A stretch of 64,000 nt of DNA from Acidobacteriota bacterium (lineage in GTDB: Bacteria > Acidobacteriota > Polarisedimenticolia > J045), in NCBI GenBank assembly GCA_046331425.1, contig JAXLQU010000007.1, positions 55,437 to 119,436 on the forward strand. The letters run 5' to 3'. Positions 46,381-57,600 of the stretch are shown in pieces. Under the pieces are notes generated by a model, which saw only the letters and a list, made by a program, of their open reading frames with translations, searched no databases and was not told the DNA's origin. The position numbers and the translations under genes are program-made. The first letter of the stretch is position 1, and each line of letters opens with the position of its first letter.

Positions 46381-48617
46381 ACGGCGGGGTTTCAGAATTC
46401 GGCACGCTTGTCGTGCTGCTGCTTCCCGGACTTTTCCTGGCCGGAGTTGGCGCTTTGCTGTTGTGGCTTGGATTCCGTTGGGGAAGGAGCACGCCGCCGC
46501 AGGGACTTCGCAGCATCGAGCGCTATCTGCGTGGTCTGGCCTCCGGTCGTGAAGAGCCGCACCCGGAAATCACGCGCGGCGACGCTTCCTCCAGCGTGGC
46601 GGCCGCTGCGGTCGACTTGGGACGAGCGCTCCGCGCCCGCCATGGCGAGCAAGAACGGCGGCAACTCATCGCCGGCAGTGCGCTCGAATCGGTTTCGGGT
46701 CGAGGACTGATGTTGATCGATCGTGATGCCGTGGTGATGCAATGCTCCGACGCCGTGGCGCGTTTGGCCGGGTTGCGATCGGCCGACATGGAAGGGGCGC
46801 CGTTGGCGGCGCTGTTCAGCCCGGAGTCTTGGAAAGAATTTCTGCCGCGCCTCACGGCCAGAGAGGAACGCGTTCGCGGGTTTTCCCAAACGATGAAGAT
46901 GCAGCGTGAGCAAGCGCCGCCGCTGCCGGTGCTGATACATGCCACAGCGGTGGAGCACCCACCGGGCGCGACCGTGCTGTGGATCGAACCCGATCCGGGA
47001 GTCGAACTCGAACGCGACGAGCAGATCACGGCGCTGACCCGCTACCGTGAGTTGTACACGGTCCAGATCGATGCGGTTTTGATCGTTGTCGACGGTCTCG
47101 TCCGCGAGGCCAACCCCACCGCACTGCTGTGGTGGGGCGCCGAGTTGCAAGGGCTTGCGCTCCGCGACCTGATCGCCACCGAGGAGATGCTGCGCCTCAC
47201 CGATCGCGCATTGAGGGCGCAGCGCGGAGAAGCGGTTGCGCCGGTTCGCTGTCGCTTGATCCCGCAACGCGCAGGACTGACAGCGCGCGATGTGGAAGTT
47301 CACCTCGAGCCGCTCGCCGGTGGGTTGGTGGCATTGACGATGCGCGATCTCTCGGTGCTGCGAACTCCGTACGAGCAGCTACGTCTGCAACAAGCGCGTC
47401 TGGCTGCAGTATTGGAGGCAGCCGGGGCGGGGATGGCGTTGCTGGCGCCTCAGGGCGGCGACATCGAGGGGTGGCGCGTCTCCTTGGTCAATCGCCGTTT
47501 TGCCGAGTGGGTCGGGTTGGATGCTGCCATTCTGACCGGTGCCCTGGAGGGAGAATTTACTGCCTTGCTCTCGTCGCGGTTCGTCGAGCCGGCGGCGCTT
47601 GCGGCGTTTCTGCATGCTGCGTCGGAGAAAACCGAGCGCGAACACCGCGGCAGTTTCGAATTGAGCGGACCGACACGACGCGCGGTCGAGTTGGTGGTCG
47701 GTCCCGTCGTCGCTCAAGGTGGCGACCTGAGCGGTCGACTGCTGGTGTTGCGCGATATCACCGAGCACCGCGAGACGACGATGCGGTTGCATGCCGACGC
47801 GGCGACGCTCGCTCGCTCACGCGAAGCGTTGCAACGCGCCTACGAAGAGCTCGCCACCGTGCACCGAGATTTGGAGAAGAAGTCGAGCGAACTCGATCGA
47901 CTCAACAAGGAGTTGGTGGAACTGGATCGAGCGCGCGCACAGTTGTTCTCCGAGGTGACACACGAGTTGCAAACGCCCTTGGTCTCGATCCGCGGATACA
48001 CCCAGATGATCCTCGAAGGCCGTTTGGGGAAGATCAACGACGAGCAGCGCCGCGGGTTGGAGGTGGCGCTGAGGAATGTCGATCGGATGGTGGAACTGAT
48101 CCAAAACCTGCTGGCCTTGGCGAAGTCGGAAGGGCAGCAGCCGCTCCGCGCCGAACCGGTTGACCTGGAAGTTGTCGTCGACGCGGTGTTCCAGCGTGTC
48201 GAAGGTCAGGCGCGCCGCAAGAACGTCGAACTCGTGCGGCGCATCACCGTTCCGGTCAAGGCCTTGGCCGAACGCGATGGGCTGACGTTGGTGCTCGAGA
48301 ACCTGGTCAGCAACGCGATCAAATTCAATCGCAGCGCTGGTCGCGTGGTCGTCAGCGTGAACCCGACCGCCGCCGGCTTCGTCACGATCGACGTCGAAGA
48401 CACCGGTGTCGGCATTCCCGAGGACGAGCGGGCGCGGGTCTTCGAGCGTTTCTATCGCGGGCGGAGTTCAACCGGGACCAGTGGATCGGGGATCGGTTTG
48501 TCGACGGCCAAGAACGTGGTCGAGCGCCACGGCGGAAGAATCGAAGCGCTCTCGGCTCCAGGTGGCGGCACGCTCATGCGCGTCTCTTGGCCTCAATCGA
48601 ACATCCTGGTCTCGTAG
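46377..48617 (+). CDS. membrane-anchored PAS-domain sensor histidine kinase
   Basis: ATG 46377 overlaps the EAL gene stop. The maximal ORF (46038) extension is an Arg-rich overlap. TM segment FGTLVVLLLPGLFLAGVGALLLWLGF, PAS-like repeats, H-box VTHELQTPLVSIRGY, N/G boxes NLVSNAIKFN and GSGIGLS. Confidence 0.85.
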   Translation: MNGGVSEFGTLVVLLLPGLFLAGVGALLLWLGFRWGRSTPPQGLRSIERYLRGLASGREEPHPEITRGDASSSVAAAAVDLGRALRARHGEQERRQLIAGSALESVSGRGLMLIDRDAVVMQCSDAVARLAGLRSADMEGAPLAALFSPESWKEFLPRLTAREERVRGFSQTMKMQREQAPPLPVLIHATAVEHPPGATVLWIEPDPGVELERDEQITALTRYRELYTVQIDAVLIVVDGLVREANPTALLWWGAELQGLALRDLIATEEMLRLTDRALRAQRGEAVAPVRCRLIPQRAGLTARDVEVHLEPLAGGLVALTMRDLSVLRTPYEQLRLQQARLAAVLEAAGAGMALLAPQGGDIEGWRVSLVNRRFAEWVGLDAAILTGALEGEFTALLSSRFVEPAALAAFLHAASEKTEREHRGSFELSGPTRRAVELVVGPVVAQGGDLSGRLLVLRDITEHRETTMRLHADAATLARSREALQRAYEELATVHRDLEKKSSELDRLNKELVELDRARAQLFSEVTHELQTPLVSIRGYTQMILEGRLGKINDEQRRGLEVALRNVDRMVELIQNLLALAKSEGQQPLRAEPVDLEVVVDAVFQRVEGQARRKNVELVRRITVPVKALAERDGLTLVLENLVSNAIKFNRSAGRVVVSVNPTAAGFVTIDVEDTGVGIPEDERARVFERFYRGRSSTGTSGSGIGLSTAKNVVERHGGRIEALSAPGGGTLMRVSWPQSNILVS

Positions 48618-48633
48618 GCTCCCCAGGTTTGGT

Positions 48634-49458
48634 TCAGGGCGTCGAACGAAGTCTCAGATGCGCCATCGCTAGCAACACGGTGCCGGCCATCGCCACACCC
48701 AACGACTCGACACCGGCAGCCAGTGGCAACGTCAATGTCGTCGCTTCCAAGCAGAGCGCCGCCGGCAAGCCTTTCGTTTCGGAACCGAGCAGCAACACCT
48801 CGAGTTGGTTCCAATCGACGTGCTGTGGATCGACCCCGCCATGCGCGACCGCGGCTGCGACGCGCCCGCCGCGCTCGCGCAACAGCGATGAAATCGCCGA
48901 CTCATCGGCACGTGCCACCGCGATGCGATGAATCGCTCCAGCGCTGGCGCGCACCGATTTCTCGTTCCATGGATCGGCACCGCCGACAGTGATCACGCCC
49001 CCTGCACCGAAGGCCGCAGCACTGCGAATCAAGCTGCCGACGTTCCCAGGTTGAACTGGCTGCCAAATCACGACCACGAGTCCGGCACGTTGCTGCAATA
49101 GCGAAGCGGCATCGTCACAGTTGGCCGGCAGTCGACAGGCGGCCAGCAAGCCCGGACCGTGCTCTGTAGGAGCGAGTCGAACCAGAAGTTCACTCGCTAC
49201 CGGCTGCACCGGCACTCGCCGTTCTCGTGCGGTTGCAATCGCGGTTGCGACAGTCGTCTCGTCGAGTCGTTCGGCAGCAACCATGACCCAGGCCAACGGC
49301 GCCTCGGCCTGAAACGCTTCGTCGAGTGCACGCGGTCCCTCGATCAAAAACAACCCGTGCTCGCGGCGTTCGCGAACGCCCTTGCACAGGTCTCGCACCT
49401 GCCGCGCCAGCGGGTGCGACGCGGAGCGAATCGTGGTCGACGAGAACAAGTTGGCCAT
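48634..49458 (-). CDS. TrmH/SpoU-family RNA 2'-O-methyltransferase
   Basis: QPGNVGSLIRSAAAFGAGGVI...LLLGSETKGLP...VESLGVAMAGTVLL are SPOUT-class motifs. I chose ATG 49458 (MANLF..., 274 aa). An upstream ATG at 49479 is possible. Confidence 0.75.
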   Translation of the reverse strand: MANLFSSTTIRSASHPLARQVRDLCKGVRERREHGLFLIEGPRALDEAFQAEAPLAWVMVAAERLDETTVATAIATARERRVPVQPVASELLVRLAPTEHGPGLLAACRLPANCDDAASLLQQRAGLVVVIWQPVQPGNVGSLIRSAAAFGAGGVITVGGADPWNEKSVRASAGAIHRIAVARADESAISSLLRERGGRVAAAVAHGGVDPQHVDWNQLEVLLLGSETKGLPAALCLEATTLTLPLAAGVESLGVAMAGTVLLAMAHLRLRSTP

Positions 49459-49488
49459 AGGGTCGTTGTGTTGCAGCATACCTTCCGA

Positions 49489-50127
49489 ATGAAAGCTCCG
49501 GGAACGTTCCTCGCGCCAGACCCAGCAGGAATCGATGCGATCGCACGTCATCTGCTGGGTGGTGGTGTGGCCTTGATCCCCACCGAGACCTTCTATGGGT
49601 TGGCGGCGGATCCTCACCAGCCGAGGGCGGTCGAGCGGATCTTCGAATTCAAACTTCGCGAGGAAGGAAAGGCGCTCCCGCTAATCGCTTCGGATGTAGA
49701 GCAGGTTGATCGACTCGCCCCGGGCTGGCGCACGATCGCGGCGGCGTTGCGCTTGAGCGAACGCTTCTGGCCCGGCCCACTCAGCCTGATTCTTCCGGCA
49801 TCCTCCGGCCTTTCCCCCGGTGTCGCTGCAGCAGATCGATCGGTCGCGGTTCGCGTGACGTCGAATGTTCCTGCTGCAGCGCTGGCGCGCCGCTGCGGTT
49901 CGGCGCTGATCGCGACATCAGCCAACCGTTCGGGCCGGCCGCCGCACAGCAACGCGCGCCAGGCATGGCTCGAACTGGGAGCCTCGGCCGAGTTGTGGGT
50001 GCTCGACGCCGGGCCGACGCCGGGAGGAGCGCCCTCGACCCTCATCGACCCGCGCACCAATCCTCCGAACGTCGTCAGGCAGGGCGCGATCACACTCGGA
50101 ACGAGCGATCTGAACACCGCCCTCTAG
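49489..50127 (+). CDS. tsaC: L-threonylcarbamoyladenylate synthase (TsaC/YrdC/Sua5 family)
   Basis: IARHLLGGGVALIPTETFYGLAADP is the YrdC signature. I chose ATG 49489 (MKAPG...). The maximal ORF (49159) runs antisense through the divergent methyltransferase gene and is rejected. Confidence 0.75.
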   Translation: MKAPGTFLAPDPAGIDAIARHLLGGGVALIPTETFYGLAADPHQPRAVERIFEFKLREEGKALPLIASDVEQVDRLAPGWRTIAAALRLSERFWPGPLSLILPASSGLSPGVAAADRSVAVRVTSNVPAAALARRCGSALIATSANRSGRPPHSNARQAWLELGASAELWVLDAGPTPGGAPSTLIDPRTNPPNVVRQGAITLGTSDLNTAL

Positions 50128-50206
50128 GCCGGCTCATGGGCCGACCAAACCGTGCATGCTAGGCTCCCCGCCTAACGCCGGGCGCGCCGATCCGGCCGAG
50201 GGTTAG

Positions 50207-52471
50207 ATGACGCGTCGAACCGCCTTCGCTTTGATGTTGATCCTGTGTGCCTTGCCCGTTGTTGCAGCGAGTAGCCCCAAGAAGGTGGTGGTCATCGGGT
50301 TCGACGGAGCCGACCCGGGGTTGGTTCAGACGTACATGGACCAAGGGTTGCTGCCGCACCTCAAGCAGCTCTCCGAGGAAGGAAAGTTCACACCGCTCAA
50401 CCCCACCAACCCACCCCAGACGCCGGTGTCATGGAGTGCCTTCGCAACCGGTTTGAATCCGGGGCGAACCGAGATCTTCGACTTCTTGCAGCGCGACAAG
50501 GGAACCTACACACCCGACTTCGCACTGGTGCGGCGCCTGAAGAAGACGTTCATGTTCGGAGAGAACAACGGTTTGGTGGGCGCACTCTCGATCGGCATCG
50601 TGGCCGCGTTGGTCTTGCTGTTGGTCTTGGGACTGTTGGCCAAAAAGTGGAAGGCCGCTGCGGTCGGTGCGGTCGTGCTGCTGGTGGGTGCGACATTCGG
50701 GTTGAAGAGCTCCATCGCCACGTTGTTGCCGACCGAAGTTCCCGATGGTGTGAATGCGCGGCAAGGAACACCGTTCTGGACGATCGCAGCCAATCACGGC
50801 AGCAAAGTGAAGGTCACGCATGTGCCGGTGACATTCCCGGCAGAAGAACTGCCCTCCGGCTCGACGATGATTTCCGGTCTCGGCGTGCCAGACATGCGCG
50901 GACGCGTCGGCTCTCCCACGATCTGGACCACGGATCGACAGTTCGATGCCCGCCGCAATGAATTCAGTCTGACGCTCGACGTGCTTGCGGCTCGCTCTGG
51001 ACCGGTCGAAGCGACGGTGCTAGGGCCGACCAACTATCCGTTCAATATCTATGTCGTCGAGCGCGCACGTGACCGCTGGAAGAAAGACGGTCTGTCGATC
51101 TCCGAACGTGCAGCCAAGGAGAAGGAGCTCAAGGAGAAGCTGCGCGCGCAGGGATATCCCGATCACCTCGACACGAAGGTGCGCTTCGACATAGGAACAA
51201 CGAGCGTGACGTGGGCGGTGGGAAATCAAAGCGGCACGTTGAAAGTCGGTGAGTGGTCCGATTGGGTAATCTTCGATTTCCCGCTCAACGGACTGGTCGA
51301 CAAGTTGCAGCCCCTGCGTGGTATGTCGCGCTTCCGTCTCAACCGCCTCGACGATCAGGTCGAGATCTACCTGGCGCCCGTCAACTTCCATCCCTCCTGC
51401 CATCCGGTGCGCTACAGCTGGCCTCCCGATTGGGCCGAGGAACTCTCCGAGAAAACCGGGTTGTTCAAGACCATCGGGTGGCAGATCGATACCTGGACGC
51501 TACCCACGGGATTCGGCGATCTAGCGTTGTTTGCCGAGGACATGTGGCACACGGTCGACCTGCAGCAAAAGATCCTCGATGAGCAACTGGGCCGCCAGCC
51601 GAGCGACATGTACGTCCAGATCTTCGACTTTCCCGATCGTGCGGGGCACATGTTGTGGCACCAGCTCGACGATGGGCACCCACTGCACAAAACTGAAACG
51701 GCCGAGCGATATCGAGCGCTCATGAGGGACGTGTACGTGCGCATGGACACGATCGTGGGTCGGGCGCGTGAGCTCTCGGGTCCCGAGGCGCTGTTCATCG
51801 TGGTCAGCGATCACGGGTTCTCGAGTTTCCGGCGGCAGGTCAACCTCAACACTTGGTTGTACAAGCAGGGGTTGTTGGCGCTCAAGGGACAGGTCGGACC
51901 CCGTGACCTCGAGCAGCTGTTCGACAAGGATGTCACGGGCGTGAATGTCTTCGAAGGAATCGACTGGTCTCGCACCAAAGCGTGGGCGATGGGCTTGGGC
52001 TCGATCTATATCAACCTCGTGGGGCGTGAACCGCAGGGAATCGTGATGCCGGGCGAGGACTACGAAGACGTTGTCAAACAGATCCAAACCGGACTCGAGA
52101 GCGAGATCGATCCTGTCACGGGCCTCAAGCCGATTAGCCGTGTTTACCGCCGCGACGAGCTTTACCACGATTACGATGCCGGCAAGCTCCCCGACTTGCG
52201 TGCCGCGAACATCCTGAACTACCGCGTTTCATGGCAAGACACGCTGGGCGGGATCTCGAAAGCAGTGTTCGAAGACAACGACCGGACCTGGTCCGGCGAT
52301 CACTGCTCGCTCGATCCGAAGTTCGTCCCCGGGATCCTGTTCGTGAATCGCAAGCTCTCTGTCGAGGACCCCTCGATCATGGACATCGCGCCCTCGATTC
52401 TCAGCGAGCTGGCGTTACAGCCCGATGCCAAACTCGACGGCCGCGTGGTGTGGCAACCGCAGGGGAAGTGA
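50207..52471 (+). CDS. alkaline-phosphatase-superfamily protein (type I phosphodiesterase/nucleotide pyrophosphatase-like) with TM segments
   Basis: VVVIGFDGADPGLVQ...NPTNPPQTPVSWSAFATG is the metal-binding N-term of PF01663-like enzymes; C-term ...VVSDHGF. Signal/TM segments present. ATG with GAGGG upstream. Confidence 0.7.
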   Translation: MTRRTAFALMLILCALPVVAASSPKKVVVIGFDGADPGLVQTYMDQGLLPHLKQLSEEGKFTPLNPTNPPQTPVSWSAFATGLNPGRTEIFDFLQRDKGTYTPDFALVRRLKKTFMFGENNGLVGALSIGIVAALVLLLVLGLLAKKWKAAAVGAVVLLVGATFGLKSSIATLLPTEVPDGVNARQGTPFWTIAANHGSKVKVTHVPVTFPAEELPSGSTMISGLGVPDMRGRVGSPTIWTTDRQFDARRNEFSLTLDVLAARSGPVEATVLGPTNYPFNIYVVERARDRWKKDGLSISERAAKEKELKEKLRAQGYPDHLDTKVRFDIGTTSVTWAVGNQSGTLKVGEWSDWVIFDFPLNGLVDKLQPLRGMSRFRLNRLDDQVEIYLAPVNFHPSCHPVRYSWPPDWAEELSEKTGLFKTIGWQIDTWTLPTGFGDLALFAEDMWHTVDLQQKILDEQLGRQPSDMYVQIFDFPDRAGHMLWHQLDDGHPLHKTETAERYRALMRDVYVRMDTIVGRARELSGPEALFIVVSDHGFSSFRRQVNLNTWLYKQGLLALKGQVGPRDLEQLFDKDVTGVNVFEGIDWSRTKAWAMGLGSIYINLVGREPQGIVMPGEDYEDVVKQIQTGLESEIDPVTGLKPISRVYRRDELYHDYDAGKLPDLRAANILNYRVSWQDTLGGISKAVFEDNDRTWSGDHCSLDPKFVPGILFVNRKLSVEDPSIMDIAPSILSELALQPDAKLDGRVVWQPQGK

Positions 52472-53622
52472 TCGCACGCCTTACCGTTCGTCTGCTTTGC
52501 ACCGCGTTGCTGACTCTGGGCAGCGGCGAGCTGGACCTCGCGGCTGACGATCAGGCGGTGCGACAGTTGGAACGGGTGCGAGAGGAGATCGCTCAACTCA
52601 GCGCGGATCGCGAGCGGTTTGCGCACGAGGAAGAGGGGCTGCTCGGGAAGCTGCAGCGGATCGAGGCCGAGACCCGCTGGCTCGATGCCAAGCGTGAAGA
52701 AGCGCAGTTGCTCTCCGATCAAGCGCAGCGTGAGCTGGATGTGGCCGAGCGCGACCTTCATCGCTCGGAGCTGGCTCTGGCTCACGCGCGAGAGCAATTT
52801 CGCAGTCTTCTTGCGCTCTTGCATCGGGCGGGACCGCTGGGACCGGTACGTGCCCTGCTCACCGCGCAGACGGCGAGCGACCTGGCGCAAGGGGCCCGTA
52901 TCGCGCATGAGTTGTCGCGCCGGCAGCGCAGCGAGGTGCTCGCACTGCGTGAAGCGAACCAGGTGACCCAACAGCAAAGAGACGAGCGGGCCAAGCGTGC
53001 GGCAGAGTTTCAGACCTCGCTGGTACAAACGCGGCAGGCGGTGCTTGCCCTGCAGAGCGCGAGCGCCGAGCGCCGGCGACTGGTCGAGCAGGTTCACCGT
53101 GAGCGAACGGTGCGCGAGCAAGCGTTGATGGAACTGCACCGGGCCGGCGAGCAACTGCAAACGTTACTCGGCGATCAGCGCGATGCTCAGTCGGTTGCTC
53201 TGGACATCACGCGCTTTCGTGGGCTGCTGACACCGCCGGCCGGCAAGTTGGTGCGCGGTTTTGGTGATCGTGTCGATGCTCGATTCGGGACGCGGCTGCC
53301 GCACCCGGGCTGGGACGTCGAGTTGCCATTCGGGGCGAGGGTCGATGCGGTCTTCGACGGCCGCGTCGTATTCGCGGATTGGTTCCGTGGTTACGGGTTG
53401 ACGGTGGTGCTCGATCACGGACACGGCATCCACTCGGTGTATGCACATCTTTCGGCGATCACGGCGCCCTCCGGTTCGACGCTGAGCAAGGGGGAACCTC
53501 TCGGCCGCGTGGGCGACACAGGGTCGTTGGAAGGGGTCGGCTTGTACTTCGAGCTGCGTCAGAAGGGGAAGGCGATCGATCCCGCCGATTGGTTCACTCA
53601 CGGCTCGAACGCAGAAAGGTAA
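52468..53622 (+). CDS. coiled-coil + M23/LytM-domain protein (EnvC-like murein hydrolase activator)
   Basis: GTG overlaps the upstream stop (GTGA). Signal-like N-term IARLTVRLLCTALLTLGSG, a long Q/E/R/L-rich coiled coil, and C-terminal LytM region GWDVELPFGARVDAVFDGRVVFADWFRGYGLTVVLDHGHGIHSVYAHL. Confidence 0.75.
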   Translation: MIARLTVRLLCTALLTLGSGELDLAADDQAVRQLERVREEIAQLSADRERFAHEEEGLLGKLQRIEAETRWLDAKREEAQLLSDQAQRELDVAERDLHRSELALAHAREQFRSLLALLHRAGPLGPVRALLTAQTASDLAQGARIAHELSRRQRSEVLALREANQVTQQQRDERAKRAAEFQTSLVQTRQAVLALQSASAERRRLVEQVHRERTVREQALMELHRAGEQLQTLLGDQRDAQSVALDITRFRGLLTPPAGKLVRGFGDRVDARFGTRLPHPGWDVELPFGARVDAVFDGRVVFADWFRGYGLTVVLDHGHGIHSVYAHLSAITAPSGSTLSKGEPLGRVGDTGSLEGVGLYFELRQKGKAIDPADWFTHGSNAER

Positions 53623-53626
53623 CGAG

Positions 53627-54604
53627 ATGACCGATCCAGGACTCTTTCTCGTCGACGCGATCCTTCGTCAACTCGATCTGGAAGCGACTCGCGTTGTGAA
53701 GGAACCTCGTGGCTTCATGTGGTGGGGTGGTGGTTTGGCGCAGCGCGTCTGGGCCGATGAACCGTTGCGCGGCAGCGAGCTGACACTCGGCCGCGTACAC
53801 CTGCGTACCGACATGCTGCGCGGCTTCAAGGCTCGGCGCGACGACCTCGAAGAGCTGCAACTGTCGATGGACGACTTGGCGCTGTGTGGCATGGTGCAAG
53901 GCGACGATCCAGCGCGCGCACAGTTGCAGTTGACGGCGAGTCTTTATTGTTCCGAAGCCGACTCCGAGTGGCAACGGCGGCTCGCGCCGTTCGCGTGCAG
54001 CCTGCAGTCGGGAATTGCACACCGCATCTCAGGGACGCTGGCGTTGTTGGTAGAGGCTGAGCCCGATCTCACCGCGCCCGCGACAGGCGAGATAACCTGC
54101 GGTGACGAAACCTTGCTCGGGATCGAGGAGACGGTGGTGCGACCTCTGGGAGAGGGTGAAAGCGCGTGGCAACCGGCGGTCTTGGCGCAGGTCGCTTCAA
54201 TTGCGATCGAGAAACTCCTCAAATCCCAAGTCAAGAATCACGACGGTGTGCTGACCGCGGCGCTGCCGTTTGGCGAGAGCGATGAACCGGCCCTGCTGGT
54301 GATCGAACCGACGCGCCGGCACCCGTTTCTTGGCGCCGGCGTGTGGTCATGGCTGCTGCTGCCGAGCGGAGCGACTCCCGAGCCGTCGATGACAATGATT
54401 CTCGCGCTCAACACAGCGGAGCAGCGTAGTTCAACGGGCGCGCACTTCCTTGGTTCTTGGACGGAGCACCGTAGCCAACTCGCCTATCAGGTGTTTCTAC
54501 CCAACGCGATCTTCGCTCCCGGCCTGCTCGAACCTGTGGTGTTGTCGCAGGCGGTCCGAGCGCAATGGGCCGCTGCCTTCCTGGGCGCAGCGTTCGAAGA
54601 CTAG
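53627..54604 (+). CDS. hypothetical protein
   Basis: 325 aa, ATG with AAAGG upstream, high GC3. No motif recognised. Confidence 0.55.
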   Translation: MTDPGLFLVDAILRQLDLEATRVVKEPRGFMWWGGGLAQRVWADEPLRGSELTLGRVHLRTDMLRGFKARRDDLEELQLSMDDLALCGMVQGDDPARAQLQLTASLYCSEADSEWQRRLAPFACSLQSGIAHRISGTLALLVEAEPDLTAPATGEITCGDETLLGIEETVVRPLGEGESAWQPAVLAQVASIAIEKLLKSQVKNHDGVLTAALPFGESDEPALLVIEPTRRHPFLGAGVWSWLLLPSGATPEPSMTMILALNTAEQRSSTGAHFLGSWTEHRSQLAYQVFLPNAIFAPGLLEPVVLSQAVRAQWAAAFLGAAFED

Positions 54605-54687
54605 TGTCTCGGGTCGGGATCTCGCGCCACTCTCTCGAAAGAATGCGAGCGGTCCGAAGCCGGAGCCGCCCGCATCTCGCTTGCGAA

Positions 54688-57600
54688 CTACAGGTCGTCG
54701 CTTGCCTTCGGAATCGAGCCCAACGAAGGGCCGTTGGCGTTGGCGCCGATTCGCTCGAGGTCCTTGGGCTTGTAGCCGACGCCGTTCTTGACGACCAACT
54801 CGACACTGTCGGTGTTCTCGATCCGTTCCAGCGGGTTCTTTCCGAGCACCACGAAATCGGCCAGTTTGCCGGGTTCGATCGAACCGAGATCGTTGTCCAG
54901 GCCGAGAGTCTTCGCAGGCGACAGTGTGGCTACTCGCAGCGCCTCCAACGGTGACATGCCGCCTTGCACGAACCCCCAAATTTCCCAGTGCGGCCCCAGC
55001 CCTTGCAATTGACCGTGACCACCCAGACAAACCGTTCCACCGGAGTCGACTACACGTTTTGCACCGGCTGCCACGTTGATGTGATGCCAGTCCTCGTCCG
55101 GGAGCATCTGGCGACGACGGGACTTGCCATCGATCACCCCTTGCGGCGTGACGCTCAGCAGCCGCTCGTTCTTCCACACGTCATAGTGCTGATAGAACCA
55201 CTTTTCCCCTGACGGTCCGCCGTAGGCTACCAACAGCGTCGGCGTATAGCTGGTCTTGCTCTTGCCCAGCAACGTCACGACATCTTTGTAGAGCGGTGTC
55301 GTTGGAAGCGCGTGTTCGATGGTGGTGTGGCCGTCCAACACGAATGTCAGATCCATTTCCAGGTCACCGCCACCTTCAGGGACGACCATCATGTTCAGCT
55401 CACGCGCCGCCTGGATGATCCACTGCCGGACATCGCGCCGTGGCTGCATGTACGACTTGACGCTGAACGCGCCCAACGTTTTGAGGCGCTGCAGGTGATG
55501 GCGCGCATCGTCGAGGCTATCGATCACGGCGCCGTTGGCGTCGTCGGCACCGTAGAGAATGTAGCCGGTCGAGAAGATCCGGGGGCCAGGCACCAGCCCC
55601 GCTTCTACCATCTCGGCTTGGCCGAAGACTTCCTGCGTGCTGGCCGACGGGTCGTGCGTCGAGGTCACACCGTAGGCGAGGTTGGCCAGGTATTTCCAGG
55701 GACGCTGAGGGAAGACATCGAGTGTGGAGTAATGCAGGTGTGCGTGTTCATCGAACAGACCTGGAATGACCGTCTTGCCAGTGAGGTCGACCACCGTGGC
55801 GCCGGCCGGCAGCGTGATCGCATTCGATGCGCCGACCGCCTTGATCCGATCGCTCTCCACCACGATCGTCCCAGCGGCGATGACCTCGTCTCCTTTCATC
55901 GTGATCAGCCGCGCGTTGGTGTACGCGACCGTCCCTGAAGGTTTCTCGCGCGGCAACGTGAGTGTGATCTCGGTCACCTCCGGCTGCGGCAACCCCGGCT
56001 TGTCGTCTGCTTTCTTGTCGGCCGCATTCGCGCTCGCCGGTTTTCCGCTCGGCTTGGCGACGTCGGCCGGTGCCGGGCTTGGATCGGGAAACGCTTTGGC
56101 GAGTGCGAGACGGTAGTAGTTGGGTCCGTAACTCCAACTGATCGTGTCGGCCCCCTCGGCCCAGCCGACCCACTCGCCGCCGTTCTCCGTCAGCTTGGCG
56201 ACGGGGAAGGCGCCGCCCGCGGTGGCGACGTCGATCGGACCTTCACCAGCTTCCGGTAGCGCCGTCACATAAACGTTGTGTCGTTCTCGATACACCACCC
56301 ACTGCTCGTTGGGCGAAACGGCGGCTTCCTCGGCGGGACCGAACTGCAGCCGTTTGCGCTTGTCGGTACCGTCGAGTTTCACCGAGACCAACTGAGCGGA
56401 AGGAATCGAGAGTGGTTTGGCGTCTGGATCGTCCTCGACAAAGTAGATGCGATCGCCCTTGGCGTTGAACGATGGTCGCGGTGTGCGCCGATTCGGGCCA
56501 CGAACCGCTGTGGCGATGACCAGTTGGGCCGCTCCTCCTTCGGCGGAGACGAGTCGAACCTCGTGCCACAGCTCATCGGAAAGATCGTGATCGCGCATCG
56601 CTGCGCCGCTGCTGGCCACATAGACGACCTGTGTGCCGTCGGGCGAGAAGGCCGGGTTGACGTATTGGCCGGGCACACGGGTGAGCCGCTTGGCGATGCC
56701 GCCCGCAGCGGGGATCACGACGACGTGACCACCCTCTCTGTCGTTCCACGTGGTGAACACGATTCGCTTGCCGTCCGCCGAGAAGGCGGGCGCGTACTCG
56801 AAGTCCAGGGCAGCGGTCAGTCGTTGCGGGGAGCCGTTGGGAAAGTCCATGCCGTACAAATGGCCGGCGGCGGAGAACACGAGACGTTTGCCGTCCGGAG
56901 ACATCGCCGGCCAGCGAATCACCCGCAGCCGCACCGGGTCGGTTCCGAGTCGTTGCGGCGAGCGAACCGCCTCGCTGACCGCCTGGTCGACCTGCGCACT
57001 GAATGGAATCGGTGTGCGCGAACCGTCACTGACGTTGTAGCGCCAGATCTTTCCTTCCGCGGTGGCGACGATCGAGTGGCCATCGGGCATCCAAGCGTAG
57101 CCAGGGAAGGTGCCGTGAAAAGAAAACCCTTCCTGATTGTCGCGGGTCAGTCCCTCGGCGACCCGTCTGATTCGGCCGCTGGCCAGATCGAGTAACTCGA
57201 GCACGGTGGTGGCTCGAACGCGCCGGACGAAGGCCAGCGTCGATCCATCGGGTGAAACGGCGGGTGCTGCGCATCCGCCGAATTCTCCGGTCAGCGGAGT
57301 GGATTGCCCGTTGCGCCGGTCGAACCGTTTGAGTTGCCAGATTCCTTCGTTGGGATCGCGGTCGTAGCGATAGCGCGCCTCGCGGCTCGAGAAGTAGACG
57401 AACCGGCCATCTTTCGAAAACACCGGATCGGCCGCGTCGGGTTGCTCGCTCTTCTTGGTGAGCGCCACGCCCTCGCCCCCCTTCAGATGCCACAGCCACA
57501 ACTCGACGGTGCCAAGCGAGCTGACATCGGTCAAGCGTTTGCGACCGATCAAGTACTGTCCATCTGGCGACCACGCCGGACTGCTGACGGTGCGCTTCTT

